DNA of 30,924 nt. It comes from Candidatus Jorgensenbacteria bacterium RIFCSPLOWO2_12_FULL_42_11 (GTDB taxonomy: Bacteria > Patescibacteriota > Minisyncoccia > UBA6257 > MFKM01). Position 1 is the first letter of the stretch; every line of letters starts with the position of its first letter. Made by a program: the position numbers and the translations under genes. The stretch covers positions 1 to 30,924 of the forward strand of contig MFKM01000030.1 in NCBI GenBank assembly GCA_001779575.1, given 5' to 3'. The notes beneath the pieces are model-generated. The model made no database searches and was not told the DNA's origin. It was given only the letters and a program-made list of their open reading frames with translations. Shown here piece by piece: positions 8,526-16,407 of the stretch.

Positions 8526-9655
8526 AGAAAGATTATTACAAAATTTTAGGGGTTGATCGCGGCGCTTCGGCCGAAGAAATCAAAAAGATTTTTTATAAAT
8601 TAGCCCATCAATGCCATCCCCATAAAGCCGGCAAGGACGAAAAAAAATTCAAGGAATTAAACGAAAAATTCAAGGAAATCAACGAGGCTTACCAGGTTCT
8701 TTCCGACAAAGAAAAAAGAGCGCAATACGATCGTTTCGGCCAGGTTTTTGAGGGAGCGCCGGTTGGCGGCAGCGGAGGCGGAGGGCCTTTCGGGTTCGGC
8801 CAGGGCTTTGACGCGTCAGCCGGCGGGTTCGGTTTTGAGGAAGGAGCGGGCGACTTTGGCGATTTGGGGGATTTTTTTGAAAGTTTTTTTGAAGACATGG
8901 GTATTCGGCAACGTCGGCGAACTTATCGTCATGGTTCGGATATAGAAACAGCGCAAGAAATAAGCTTGGAAGAATCTTTTAGAGGAGTTCGGAAGCATTT
9001 ACAATATAGAACTTTGGTTGCTTGCGATAAATGCCAGGGGTTGGGTTATGACAAAAAAGACGGGAAAAGCGTTTGTTCAACTTGCGCCGGCCGCGGAGAA
9101 ATTAAAGAAAATCGTCAGACTTTTTTCGGCAATTTTTCCCAGAACAGGGCTTGTCCCCAATGTCGCGGTTTTGGCGAAGTTCCCAATAAAGTTTGTTCCG
9201 AATGCAAGGGCTCGGGTCAGCGGCCGGGCTTGAGAGAGGTGGATATTGATATCGCGCCGGGAGTGGCCGACGGCCAAATCATAAAAGTAAAAGGAATGGG
9301 CGAGGCGGGCGAGCAAGGCAGCGAGGCCGGCGACCTTTATATCCGAATCAAAGAAAAACCGCATCCGCTTTTTCGTCGGGAGGGAGACGACCTGTTTTTT
9401 AACCAGGAATTAAAATTAACCGAGGCTTTATTGGGCAAAAAAATCAGAATTAACGATTTAAGCGGAGAATTCTTGGACATTGAATTGCCGGCAGGGTTCA
9501 GCTTCAGAGAAAAATTGAAAATTCACGGCAAGGGAATGCCGCGTTTGCACGGAACGGGCCGGGGCAATCTCTATTTGGAACTTGATTTGAAATCGCCAAA
9601 AAAACTTTCCGAAAAAGCCAGAAAAATTGCCGAAGAATTGGACAAGGAAATATAG
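8522..9655 (+). CDS. dnaJ: Chaperone DnaJ (class A) with HPD changed to HPH
   Basis: J-domain (DYYKILGV...[24 protein letters not shown]), G/F-rich region, four CxxCxGxG repeats, C-terminal GDLY motifs; residues 32-34 read HPH. Confidence 0.95.
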   Translation: MKKDYYKILGVDRGASAEEIKKIFYKLAHQCHPHKAGKDEKKFKELNEKFKEINEAYQVLSDKEKRAQYDRFGQVFEGAPVGGSGGGGPFGFGQGFDASAGGFGFEEGAGDFGDLGDFFESFFEDMGIRQRRRTYRHGSDIETAQEISLEESFRGVRKHLQYRTLVACDKCQGLGYDKKDGKSVCSTCAGRGEIKENRQTFFGNFSQNRACPQCRGFGEVPNKVCSECKGSGQRPGLREVDIDIAPGVADGQIIKVKGMGEAGEQGSEAGDLYIRIKEKPHPLFRREGDDLFFNQELKLTEALLGKKIRINDLSGEFLDIELPAGFSFREKLKIHGKGMPRLHGTGRGNLYLELDLKSPKKLSEKARKIAEELDKEI

Positions 9656-10702
9656 ATGGAAATTATTTTTTTAATTGTTATTTTACTGGTTTTGTCCGGA
9701 GGACTGGCGGCGATTTTTATTTTGTTAAGAAATTACTTGCAAAAAAAAAGCGGGGATCAGTCTTTGATTTTGCTTCAGAACCAAATTAACGAAATCAGCC
9801 GGACATTGGATAATAAACTCGGCGAATCAACGCGTTTTATCCAGCGTCAATTCGGGGAAAGCACTAAAATTATCAAAGAAATTACCCGAGAACTAACCAA
9901 GGTTGGCGAGGGACAAAAGCAGGTGGTTGATATCGCCAAACAGTTGGACAATCTTCAGGATATCCTAAAAAATCCGAAACAGCGGGGCATGCTGGGCGAA
10001 TATTTTTTAAAAAATTTGCTGGAAAATGTTTTTTCTCCGGGTCAATTTCAGATGCAATACGAATTTAAAGACGGCTCTGTTGTTGACGCCGTGATTTTTA
10101 CCAGAGACCGGATTATCCCCATTGATTCAAAATTCAGTTTGGAGAATTATAATCGGCTTTTGGGGACCAAAGAAGAAAGCGAACGCCGGCGCCTGGAGGC
10201 CGTTTTTCGGGAAGATTTGAAAAACAGAATTGACGAAACCGCCAAATATATCAAACCGGAAGAAGGCACCCTGGAATTCGCTTTTATGTTCATTCCTTCG
10301 GAGGCGGTTTATTACGATTTATTGATAAATAAAGTGGGATCGGTAGTCGCCCGCGATTTAATAGAATACGCTTTTGTTGATAAAAAAGTGATTATTGTTT
10401 CGCCGACTTCCTTTTTGGCTTACCTGCAAACCGTTTTGCAGGGATTAAAAGCGCTTCAAATCGAAGAATCGGCCAAGGAAATCGGGAAGCGGGTGGAGGA
10501 ATTACGCAGGCATTTAATCACTTATGATGAATATTTCAAAAAAATAGGCGTTCATTTGGGAACCACCGTTAGTATGTACAATAGGGCTCAAAAAGAATTA
10601 GGGAAAATTGACAAGGATGTTTTGAAAATCACCGGCAAAGCCGCGGGGACAAAGCCGTTGAATTTGGAAAGTCCGGAAATTGAAAATGAAAACGGAGAAT
10701 AG
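9656..10702 (+). CDS. rmuC: DNA recombination protein RmuC family
   Basis: N-terminal TM anchor and coiled coil, NPKQRGMLGE, IPIDSKFSL, FAFMFIPSEAVY, VIIVSPTSF. Confidence 0.9.
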   Translation: MEIIFLIVILLVLSGGLAAIFILLRNYLQKKSGDQSLILLQNQINEISRTLDNKLGESTRFIQRQFGESTKIIKEITRELTKVGEGQKQVVDIAKQLDNLQDILKNPKQRGMLGEYFLKNLLENVFSPGQFQMQYEFKDGSVVDAVIFTRDRIIPIDSKFSLENYNRLLGTKEESERRRLEAVFREDLKNRIDETAKYIKPEEGTLEFAFMFIPSEAVYYDLLINKVGSVVARDLIEYAFVDKKVIIVSPTSFLAYLQTVLQGLKALQIEESAKEIGKRVEELRRHLITYDEYFKKIGVHLGTTVSMYNRAQKELGKIDKDVLKITGKAAGTKPLNLESPEIENENGE

Positions 10703-11426
10703 GGCGCGATTTTACCAAAAACTCGGCCGGCCACCGGGGCAATTTTCTTTAACCAGGCGCCGGCAGGACGTTCTTTTTGATAAAAAATGGCTGAAGTTTT
10801 TGAAATTAGCCCGTTTTTTCAGGCAGTTGCCTTTTACAGAATTTGTTTTAGGAGCCGGCTCGTTGGCTTTAGGGAACGCGCGTCGGGATTCTGATTTTGA
10901 CGTTATAGTCGGAATAAAAGCCGGCCGGATTTTTACGGCTCGATTTTTTTGCGTTCTGATGTTTGATTTGCTGGGTCGGCGCCGCCGCAAGTTTTCGCGC
11001 CGGAAGGCGGCCAGTGATAAAATCTGTTTCAACCATTTTATTACGCCGGTCGCTTATCGTTTACGGCCGCCTTACAATATTTATTGGCGGGAACTTTATG
11101 AAAACCTGGTTCCCATTTACGGCCCAAAAGATAAAATTCAGGAATTTTTTAAAGCCAACGATTGGATGGGAAAACGGATCTATTCCGATGACTTGCGTCA
11201 TCAATTTTATCAGCCGGGCTTTGGCGGAATTTTCTGGGAAAAGATTTTAAGCGGCCGTTTCGGCGATTTGACGGAGCGATTGTTGAAACGGATCCAGGTC
11301 AGAAGAATCAAAAAAAATTTGAAAGAAAGTTCGGGCTTTGAGCCGCGGCTCGTTTTCAACGACGAAGAATTGGAATTTCACCCCGATACTTTGAGGATTC
11401 ATAAATTAATTTCTGATGAAAAATAG
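10680..11426 (+). CDS. Hypothetical protein with Pol-beta-like nucleotidyltransferase motif
   Basis: GAGSLALGNARRDSDFDVIV matches the hG[GS]x(n)DxD NTase signature; overlaps both neighbours. The start may be 10680 or 10686. Confidence 0.6.
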   Translation: MKMKTENRARFYQKLGRPPGQFSLTRRRQDVLFDKKWLKFLKLARFFRQLPFTEFVLGAGSLALGNARRDSDFDVIVGIKAGRIFTARFFCVLMFDLLGRRRRKFSRRKAASDKICFNHFITPVAYRLRPPYNIYWRELYENLVPIYGPKDKIQEFFKANDWMGKRIYSDDLRHQFYQPGFGGIFWEKILSGRFGDLTERLLKRIQVRRIKKNLKESSGFEPRLVFNDEELEFHPDTLRIHKLISDEK

Positions 11427-12270
11427 GAATATCGCTCTCGTTGTTGCTCTGTTTTTGAGTTTGGATATTTTTGTTTGGCGGACGATTGCTTTGACCAAGC
11501 CATCGGATAATTTGAATATTTATTTTTTATCCGTTGGCCAGGGCGACAGTGAGTTGGTTATTTTGCCGGGCGGAGTGAAGATTTTGATTGATGCCGGACC
11601 GGATAATAAAGTCATCGGTGAGCTAGATTCAATTTTGCGGCCAACGGAACGCTACATTGATTTAGTGATAGTTTCGCATCCGCAAGCCGACCATTTTAAC
11701 GGTTTTATTGACGTTTTGAAGCATTATCAAGTCGGCGCTTTCATTCATAACGGCCGCGCCGGCGCGGCTCAATCGTGGAAAGAATTGGCGCAAACCGTTA
11801 AAGAAAACAAAATACCGGCTGTTGCTTTGGCGGCCGGCGATAAGATTAATTATCTTGAAAGCAAGCTTGATATTCTTTCGCCGAATGAAAATTTCATCAA
11901 CAGCAAAGAATTGAACGACACGGTTTTGGTGGCGCTTTTGCAAAGCCAAAGCGCCAAAGTTTTGTTTACCGGCGATGTCGGGAAGAAGATTGAAGATTAT
12001 TTAATCAATAAATTAGATTTTAAAGTAGATGTTTTGAAAGTGGCTCATCACGGTTCAAAATATTCTTCGGGCAGGGAATTTTTAGCCGCCATTTTGCCGA
12101 AAATTTCCGTCATTGAAGTCGGAAAAAACAGCTACGGCCATCCCACCGAAGAAGTTTTAAACCGACTAGCCGCGGTCGGCGCCGCGATTTACCGCACCGA
12201 CCGAGACGGAACGATAAAGATGGTTTTTCCAAAAAAATCGTCTGAAATTCAGGTTTTCAAGAAAAAGTGA
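11416..12270 (+). CDS. ComEC/Rec2-type metallo-beta-lactamase-fold hydrolase (stand-alone domain)
   Basis: VGQGDS, LIDAG, SHPQADHFNG, LFTGD, LKVAHHGS, NSYGHP, RTDRDG; N-terminal hydrophobic anchor; no Competence TM domain. Confidence 0.88.
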   Translation: MKNRNIALVVALFLSLDIFVWRTIALTKPSDNLNIYFLSVGQGDSELVILPGGVKILIDAGPDNKVIGELDSILRPTERYIDLVIVSHPQADHFNGFIDVLKHYQVGAFIHNGRAGAAQSWKELAQTVKENKIPAVALAAGDKINYLESKLDILSPNENFINSKELNDTVLVALLQSQSAKVLFTGDVGKKIEDYLINKLDFKVDVLKVAHHGSKYSSGREFLAAILPKISVIEVGKNSYGHPTEEVLNRLAAVGAAIYRTDRDGTIKMVFPKKSSEIQVFKKK

Positions 12271-12276
12271 TATAAT
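12268..12276 (+). promoter_or_regulatory. Extended -10 element, probable aspS promoter
   Basis: TGATATAAT overlapping the upstream stop codon; no good -35 seen. Confidence 0.45.
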
Positions 12277-12302
12277 GCTTTGAATTACGAAATAGCTCTT
12301 TC

Positions 12303-12415
12303 GCGAATAACCAATGAAAAGATTTTTCTGAAACCCAAACGGAAGCGCAGTCCCTCCGCTCGCGAGCGGAGGGACGTGAGCGGGTTGAAGAAAAATCTTT
12401 TCATTGGTTATTCGC
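12303..12415. repeat. Nested palindromic element upstream of aspS
   Basis: Perfect 27-bp inverted repeat GCGAATAACCAATGAAAAGATTTTTCT (12303-12329 / 12389-12415) enclosing the perfect 26-bp palindrome GTCCCTCCGCTCGCGAGCGGAGGGAC (12350-12375). Confidence 0.9.
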
Positions 12416-12465
12416 AACTTAGTTTCGCGATTTATAGCCACTAGCCATTGGTAATTAGAAAATTT

Positions 12466-13749
12466 ATGGAAAGAATATTAATTGACCAAATTCAAGAAAA
12501 TGACGGTAAAAAAGTCTTAATAAAAGGCAGAGTTTTGAATATGAGGAATCTCGGGAATATCGTATTTTTGATAATCCAAGACTACACCGGCGCGATACAG
12601 GTTGTTTTCGATAAAAACACAGAAGCGAAAACCGGCGATGCGGTGGCCATAGAAGGAACGGCCAAGAAAGAAATTAGGTCAAAATACGGTTTTGAAATAC
12701 AGGGTGAAAAATTAGAAATTGTTTCAAATATCACGGAAGATTTGCCTTTTGATTTAGCGAAAAACGATTTAAATCTGAACCTGTCCACTCTTCTTGATTA
12801 CCGAACGCTTTCTTTGAGGCATCCGAAAGTCCAGGCGATATTCAAGCTTTACGACATTCTCTTAAAAGGCTACGAAATCACGATGAGGGAAGAAAAGTTT
12901 ACCGAAATAAAAACTCCCAAGATATTGGGGGCCGCCACCGAGGGCGGAGCAAACTTTTTTAAAGTAAAATATTTTGACAAAGAAGCCGCTTTGGCTCAAA
13001 GTCCGCAATTTTATAAACAAATCATGGTTGGCGTGTTTGAAAGAGTCTTTGAAATAGGGCCGGCTTTCAGGGCTGAACCGCACTTCACCACAAGGCATGT
13101 TAACGAATATATAAGTTTGGACGCGGAAGCGGGTTTTATTAAAGATTTTTATGATGTTGTTGACATACTCAATCGCGTAATAAAGAAAGTGTTTTCAATC
13201 ATAGAAAAAGAAGGAAAACAGTATTTGGATACGCATAATATCAAAATATCGGAAGTGCCGGATCAAATTCCGCGCGTTAAGTTGGCTGAAATAAAAAAGA
13301 TAATTAAAGAAAAATACAATTACAGCATTCCCGAAGCTATCGATATTGACCCCGAAGGGGAAAGATTGGCCGGGAAATACGCGAAAGAGAATTTCAATTC
13401 AGATTTTATTTTTATCACCCATTATCCTTGGTCCGAGAAACCATTTTACACGATGCCGTGCGAAGAGAATCCGGAAGAAACCTGCGGTTTTGATTTATTG
13501 TTTAAGGGGCTGGAGATAGCTACCGGCAGTCAAAGAATACACGCGTACAAACAACTAATTGAAAATATGGAAAAGAAAAAAATCAAACCCAATGGGATGG
13601 AGTTCTATTTGGATATATTTAAATACGCAATGCCCCCGCATGGCGGTTGGGGCATAGGGTCAGAACGCTTAATACAGCAAATTCTAGAGCTCGGCAGCAT
13701 TAAAGAAGCGATATTGTTCCCGCGCGATGTTAAAAGATTGGTGCCTTAA
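12466..13749 (+). CDS. aspS: Aspartate-tRNA(Asp/Asn) ligase, short non-discriminating (archaeal-like) type
   Basis: OB-fold N-terminus, ATEGGANFF, LAQSPQFYKQ, FRAE...RH motif 2, GSQRIH, PPHGGWGIGSERL motif 3, LFPRD; ~427 aa without the bacterial GAD insertion. Confidence 0.9.
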   Translation: MERILIDQIQENDGKKVLIKGRVLNMRNLGNIVFLIIQDYTGAIQVVFDKNTEAKTGDAVAIEGTAKKEIRSKYGFEIQGEKLEIVSNITEDLPFDLAKNDLNLNLSTLLDYRTLSLRHPKVQAIFKLYDILLKGYEITMREEKFTEIKTPKILGAATEGGANFFKVKYFDKEAALAQSPQFYKQIMVGVFERVFEIGPAFRAEPHFTTRHVNEYISLDAEAGFIKDFYDVVDILNRVIKKVFSIIEKEGKQYLDTHNIKISEVPDQIPRVKLAEIKKIIKEKYNYSIPEAIDIDPEGERLAGKYAKENFNSDFIFITHYPWSEKPFYTMPCEENPEETCGFDLLFKGLEIATGSQRIHAYKQLIENMEKKKIKPNGMEFYLDIFKYAMPPHGGWGIGSERLIQQILELGSIKEAILFPRDVKRLVP

Positions 13750-13875
13750 AAAAAGATAGCTGGTATTGATAAAAAGATTTTGCTGTGGTAATGGTGATAA
13801 AAATCGTAATCGCACTTTTAAAATAATAAAATAAAATTATCAAAAACTTCAACCTATTTTGAAAGGAGGTGGGTG

Positions 13876-14256
13876 ATGGATTACTATGAATGGTTAAGCG
13901 GTAAAATCGGGATTTTGGTAAAAGAATTAGAGGAGCAACTTGGCAGAGAATTCAATTATGATTTGGAAGTGGCTTCGGGAGCGGCTAGGCACAGCGAAGC
14001 GATGATGCGGCATGGAACTTGTTATCACGCCCCGAAAGAATACCTGGGGATAGTCAGGGTGGAATTAATAAATAGCGCTTTTGCTCATTACAATAATGAT
14101 TCCATCGAGCTGACTATTAAAAAAATAGCCGTGGATTTTATTAATTCCCCGCATCATGCCTCTTTGAGGCGGCATTCGTCAATCGGTTGCGGTTTGGCAA
14201 TCAGAGAAATAGAAAACGGAATAGTGCTGTTTGCTACGCTAAGATTGAAAGGTTAA
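13876..14256 (+). CDS. Small CAP/SCP-like domain protein
   Basis: ARHSEAM...YH...ELI...SPHH...IGCGLA resembles the CAP-domain pattern; preceded by a strong SD AGGAGGT (13864-13870). An in-frame GTG at 13873 is also possible. Confidence 0.6.
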   Translation: MDYYEWLSGKIGILVKELEEQLGREFNYDLEVASGAARHSEAMMRHGTCYHAPKEYLGIVRVELINSAFAHYNNDSIELTIKKIAVDFINSPHHASLRRHSSIGCGLAIREIENGIVLFATLRLKG

Positions 14257-14272
14257 AAAAAGAAGACAAATA

Positions 14273-14308
14273 AAAGAGCCCTGCTTGATTCGGGCTCTTT
14301 CTATTTTT
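14273..14308 (+). terminator. Intrinsic terminator after the CAP gene (could also serve the opposite strand)
   Basis: AAAGAGCCC-loop-GGGCTCTTT followed by CTATTTTT. Confidence 0.75.
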
Positions 14309-14316
14309 AATTGCGA

Positions 14317-14439
14317 AACCCCGCTTCGGATTGAATCCTGATAAAAATCAGGTGGGTGGACTCAGCTTTAACCCGAAAGCTAAAGTAATTCGTCCCCCCT
14401 TAAAAATGAAATTGTGCAGGATTCAACCTTAGCGAGGCA
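14317..14439 (-). ncRNA. Compact 6S RNA-like (ssrS-like) rod with central bubble
   Basis: Minus-strand fold: CCUCGC/GCGGGG, UUGAAUCCUG/CAGGAUUCAA, 17-nt and 13-nt central bubble, GGG-GGAC/GUCC-CCC, UUAGCUUU/AAAGCUGA; dedicated promoter directly upstream. The family assignment is inferred from shape only. Confidence 0.6.
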
Positions 14440-14444
14440 TTTAC

Positions 14445-14472
14445 ATTATAACAAAATTTGAAATAAATTCAA
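14445..14472 (-). promoter_or_regulatory. Sigma70-type promoter for the 6S-like RNA
   Basis: TTGAAT (14472-14467), 16-bp spacer, TATAAT (14450-14445), overlapping the tatD stop. Confidence 0.6.
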
Positions 14473-15225
14473 GGCGTTGTCGGCGGTTTGTTTCGCTGTT
14501 TTTTCCAAAGAAAGACCGCGGAGACTGGCGATTTTCTGGGCTGTGTAAGTAATATAGGCCGGTTCGTTTCTCTGGCCGCGGCGGGGAACCGGCGCCAAAT
14601 AAGGACAATCCGTTTCAATCAAAATTTTTTCCAACGGCAAATTTTTGATAATTTCGTCGTATTCGGAAGAATAGGTGATAATTCCGGTAAAGCCGATAAA
14701 GAAACCCAATTCCAGATATTGTTTCGCCTGTTGCCGGTTTCCCGAAAAACAATGGATCACCCCGTTTAATTTAGAATTTAGAACATGGAATTTAGAATTT
14801 AGGATTTCTATAAGGTCATCGTGGGCTTCGCGGCAATGAATGATAAGCGGTTTATTTATTTCCCGGGCCAATCTTAAATGTTCCAGAAATAATTTTTTCT
14901 GCCTGATTCTTGATTCGGGATTTTTGACGCGATAGTAGTCCAGACCGGTTTCACCGATAGCCGCCACTTTATCGGAATTTTTAGCCAAGGTTAGATATTT
15001 TTGATAAACAAAATTTTCATCTTCGGCGCTAGTCGGGTGAAGTCCGACAGCCGCCCAAACTCCTTTTTCGTAATTTTCGGCTATGGCAACCGCTTGCTCG
15101 CTGTCAGCGTATCGGGAGCCGACATTAACCAGCCAAAGATTTTTATCAAGGCAATTTTTGATAATTTTCAGATAGTCGTTATCGAAAGCCTTGAAATTAA
15201 GGTGAGCGTGCGAATCAAAAAACAT
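14446..15225 (-). CDS. tatD: TatD family metal-dependent nuclease
   Basis: DSHAHL, GLHP, AIGETGLDY, LIIHCRE, GVIHCFSG, ETDCPYLAP, GQRNEP. Confidence 0.95.
   Translation of the reverse strand: MFFDSHAHLNFKAFDNDYLKIIKNCLDKNLWLVNVGSRYADSEQAVAIAENYEKGVWAAVGLHPTSAEDENFVYQKYLTLAKNSDKVAAIGETGLDYYRVKNPESRIRQKKLFLEHLRLAREINKPLIIHCREAHDDLIEILNSKFHVLNSKLNGVIHCFSGNRQQAKQYLELGFFIGFTGIITYSSEYDEIIKNLPLEKILIETDCPYLAPVPRRGQRNEPAYITYTAQKIASLRGLSLEKTAKQTADNALNLFQILL
14768..14802. repeat. Five 7-bp units inside tatD
   Basis: AATTTAG AATTTAG AACATGG AATTTAG AATTTAG; translates on the minus strand within ILNSKFHVLNSKLNG. Confidence 0.85.
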
Positions 15226-15233
15226 ATTTCTTA

Positions 15234-15275
15234 TTTACTATTGTAATTCCACGATCGTGGAATTACAATAGTAAA
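15234..15275. repeat. Perfect 42-bp palindrome upstream of tatD
   Basis: TTTACTATTGTAATTCCACGA|TCGTGGAATTACAATAGTAAA with no loop; contains TTGTAA-17bp-TACAAT on both strands. Confidence 0.92.
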
Positions 15276-15288
15276 AGCAGAAACAAAT

Positions 15289-15316
15289 AAAAACCTTCGT
15301 AAAAACGAAGGTTTTT
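15289..15316. terminator. Bidirectional intrinsic terminator downstream of tRNA-Pro(TGG)
   Basis: AAAAACCTTCGT-AAAA-ACGAAGGTTTTT. Confidence 0.8.
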
Positions 15317-15348
15317 GCAATTTTGTCTGGTTATTTTAAAGAGCGAAG

Positions 15349-15425
15349 TCAGGATGGAAGGATTTGAACCTTCATCTTCTCGGTCCCAAACCGAGTGCTT
15401 TGCCTTGGTTTTAAGCTACACCCTG
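15349..15425 (-). tRNA. tRNA-Pro (TGG), CCA not encoded
   Basis: Acceptor CAGGGTG/CATCCTG, D arm GCTT/AAGC, anticodon arm CTCGG-TTTGGGA-CCGAG, T arm GAAGG-TTCAAAT-CCTTC, discriminator A. Confidence 0.92.
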
Positions 15426-15450
15426 GTTAATTATTGAAATAAGCCGGTTT

Positions 15451-16407
15451 TCACTTAACCCGATTTTGTAAAGGATACAATTCTTTGTCAATCGTTCTTT
15501 CAAAGCACGTTTCCCCGGCATTGTATTGCCAGTTTTGATTATAGCCGCCGTCTATTGGCTTGGGCGCGGTTGGCGCTTGGTTTTCGGAATCGCCGCTATC
15601 CAGGCCAAACACGGCGCAGAGCTCAAACGATTCAAAGCCCTTGACGGTATAGGCGTATGGTTTGCCGGTGAGGGGGTCGGTTGGCGTTTTGTAGCCGCTG
15701 ATGCTGTTTTCCAAAGCCGAAAGATTTTCGGGCAGAACTCTTTTGTTGAACCAATAATTGACGATTTCCGATTGGATATTTTGCAAATTATTTATTCTTT
15801 GCTGGTCAAACCGCCTGACTCTTTCCCGGGCGGGAGAGCCGATAATAAAAAATCCGGTTATGACGGTAATCGCCACCAAGCCGGAAATAATCCAAACAAA
15901 ACACCGGAGTTTCTTGCTGGCGGAAGGAAATTCTCTTCTTGAATCCCAAAGATAATAACCAAAAATCAAACCAGCCAGAAAAAGCGCGGCCAGAGATTTT
16001 AAAATAAAGCGGATGGTGATTTCGCCTCCCAGAAAACTCCGGATGATGCCTATCAAGTCGCCGATTATAATAAGACCCGCTATAAAGAGAGTGAAATAAA
16101 TAAGCCATTTTCTTATTTTCATATTTCTTGTCTCCGGCTCTCTTTTATAATTTTTGTCCAAAAACCAGGAAATCCAGATTAAAGCGGGGAAAACGATAAT
16201 GATGAAAGAAATTGAAAATCTTATTAAATCTTGGTAATGAGAAGTTTGATAATAGCCGAATTGGGGAAGTTTGTCCGGCGCCAAAATGTTTATGTATTGA
16301 AAAATAAGGGTGAGGAAATTGGCCGCGCTTGAATAAAGCATGATAATGGCGAACAGATGAAGAAAGACGTGTTTGGGAGATACTTTTGTCTGGTTTGGGT
16401 TTTCCAT
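15451..16407 (-). CDS. Membrane protein, DUF5671-like
   Basis: 318 aa; several TM segments with RKWLIYFTLF...GDLI...GGEITIRFILK and a C-terminal soluble region (DPLTGKPYAY...FELCA). The family is recalled from memory, not searched. Confidence 0.6.
   Translation of the reverse strand: MENPNQTKVSPKHVFLHLFAIIMLYSSAANFLTLIFQYINILAPDKLPQFGYYQTSHYQDLIRFSISFIIIVFPALIWISWFLDKNYKREPETRNMKIRKWLIYFTLFIAGLIIIGDLIGIIRSFLGGEITIRFILKSLAALFLAGLIFGYYLWDSRREFPSASKKLRCFVWIISGLVAITVITGFFIIGSPARERVRRFDQQRINNLQNIQSEIVNYWFNKRVLPENLSALENSISGYKTPTDPLTGKPYAYTVKGFESFELCAVFGLDSGDSENQAPTAPKPIDGGYNQNWQYNAGETCFERTIDKELYPLQNRVK

Noticed and set aside
12280-12465. T-box riboswitch upstream of aspS
   Set aside because: No T-box consensus (AAGGGTGGNACC-like), specifier stem or terminator U-tract.
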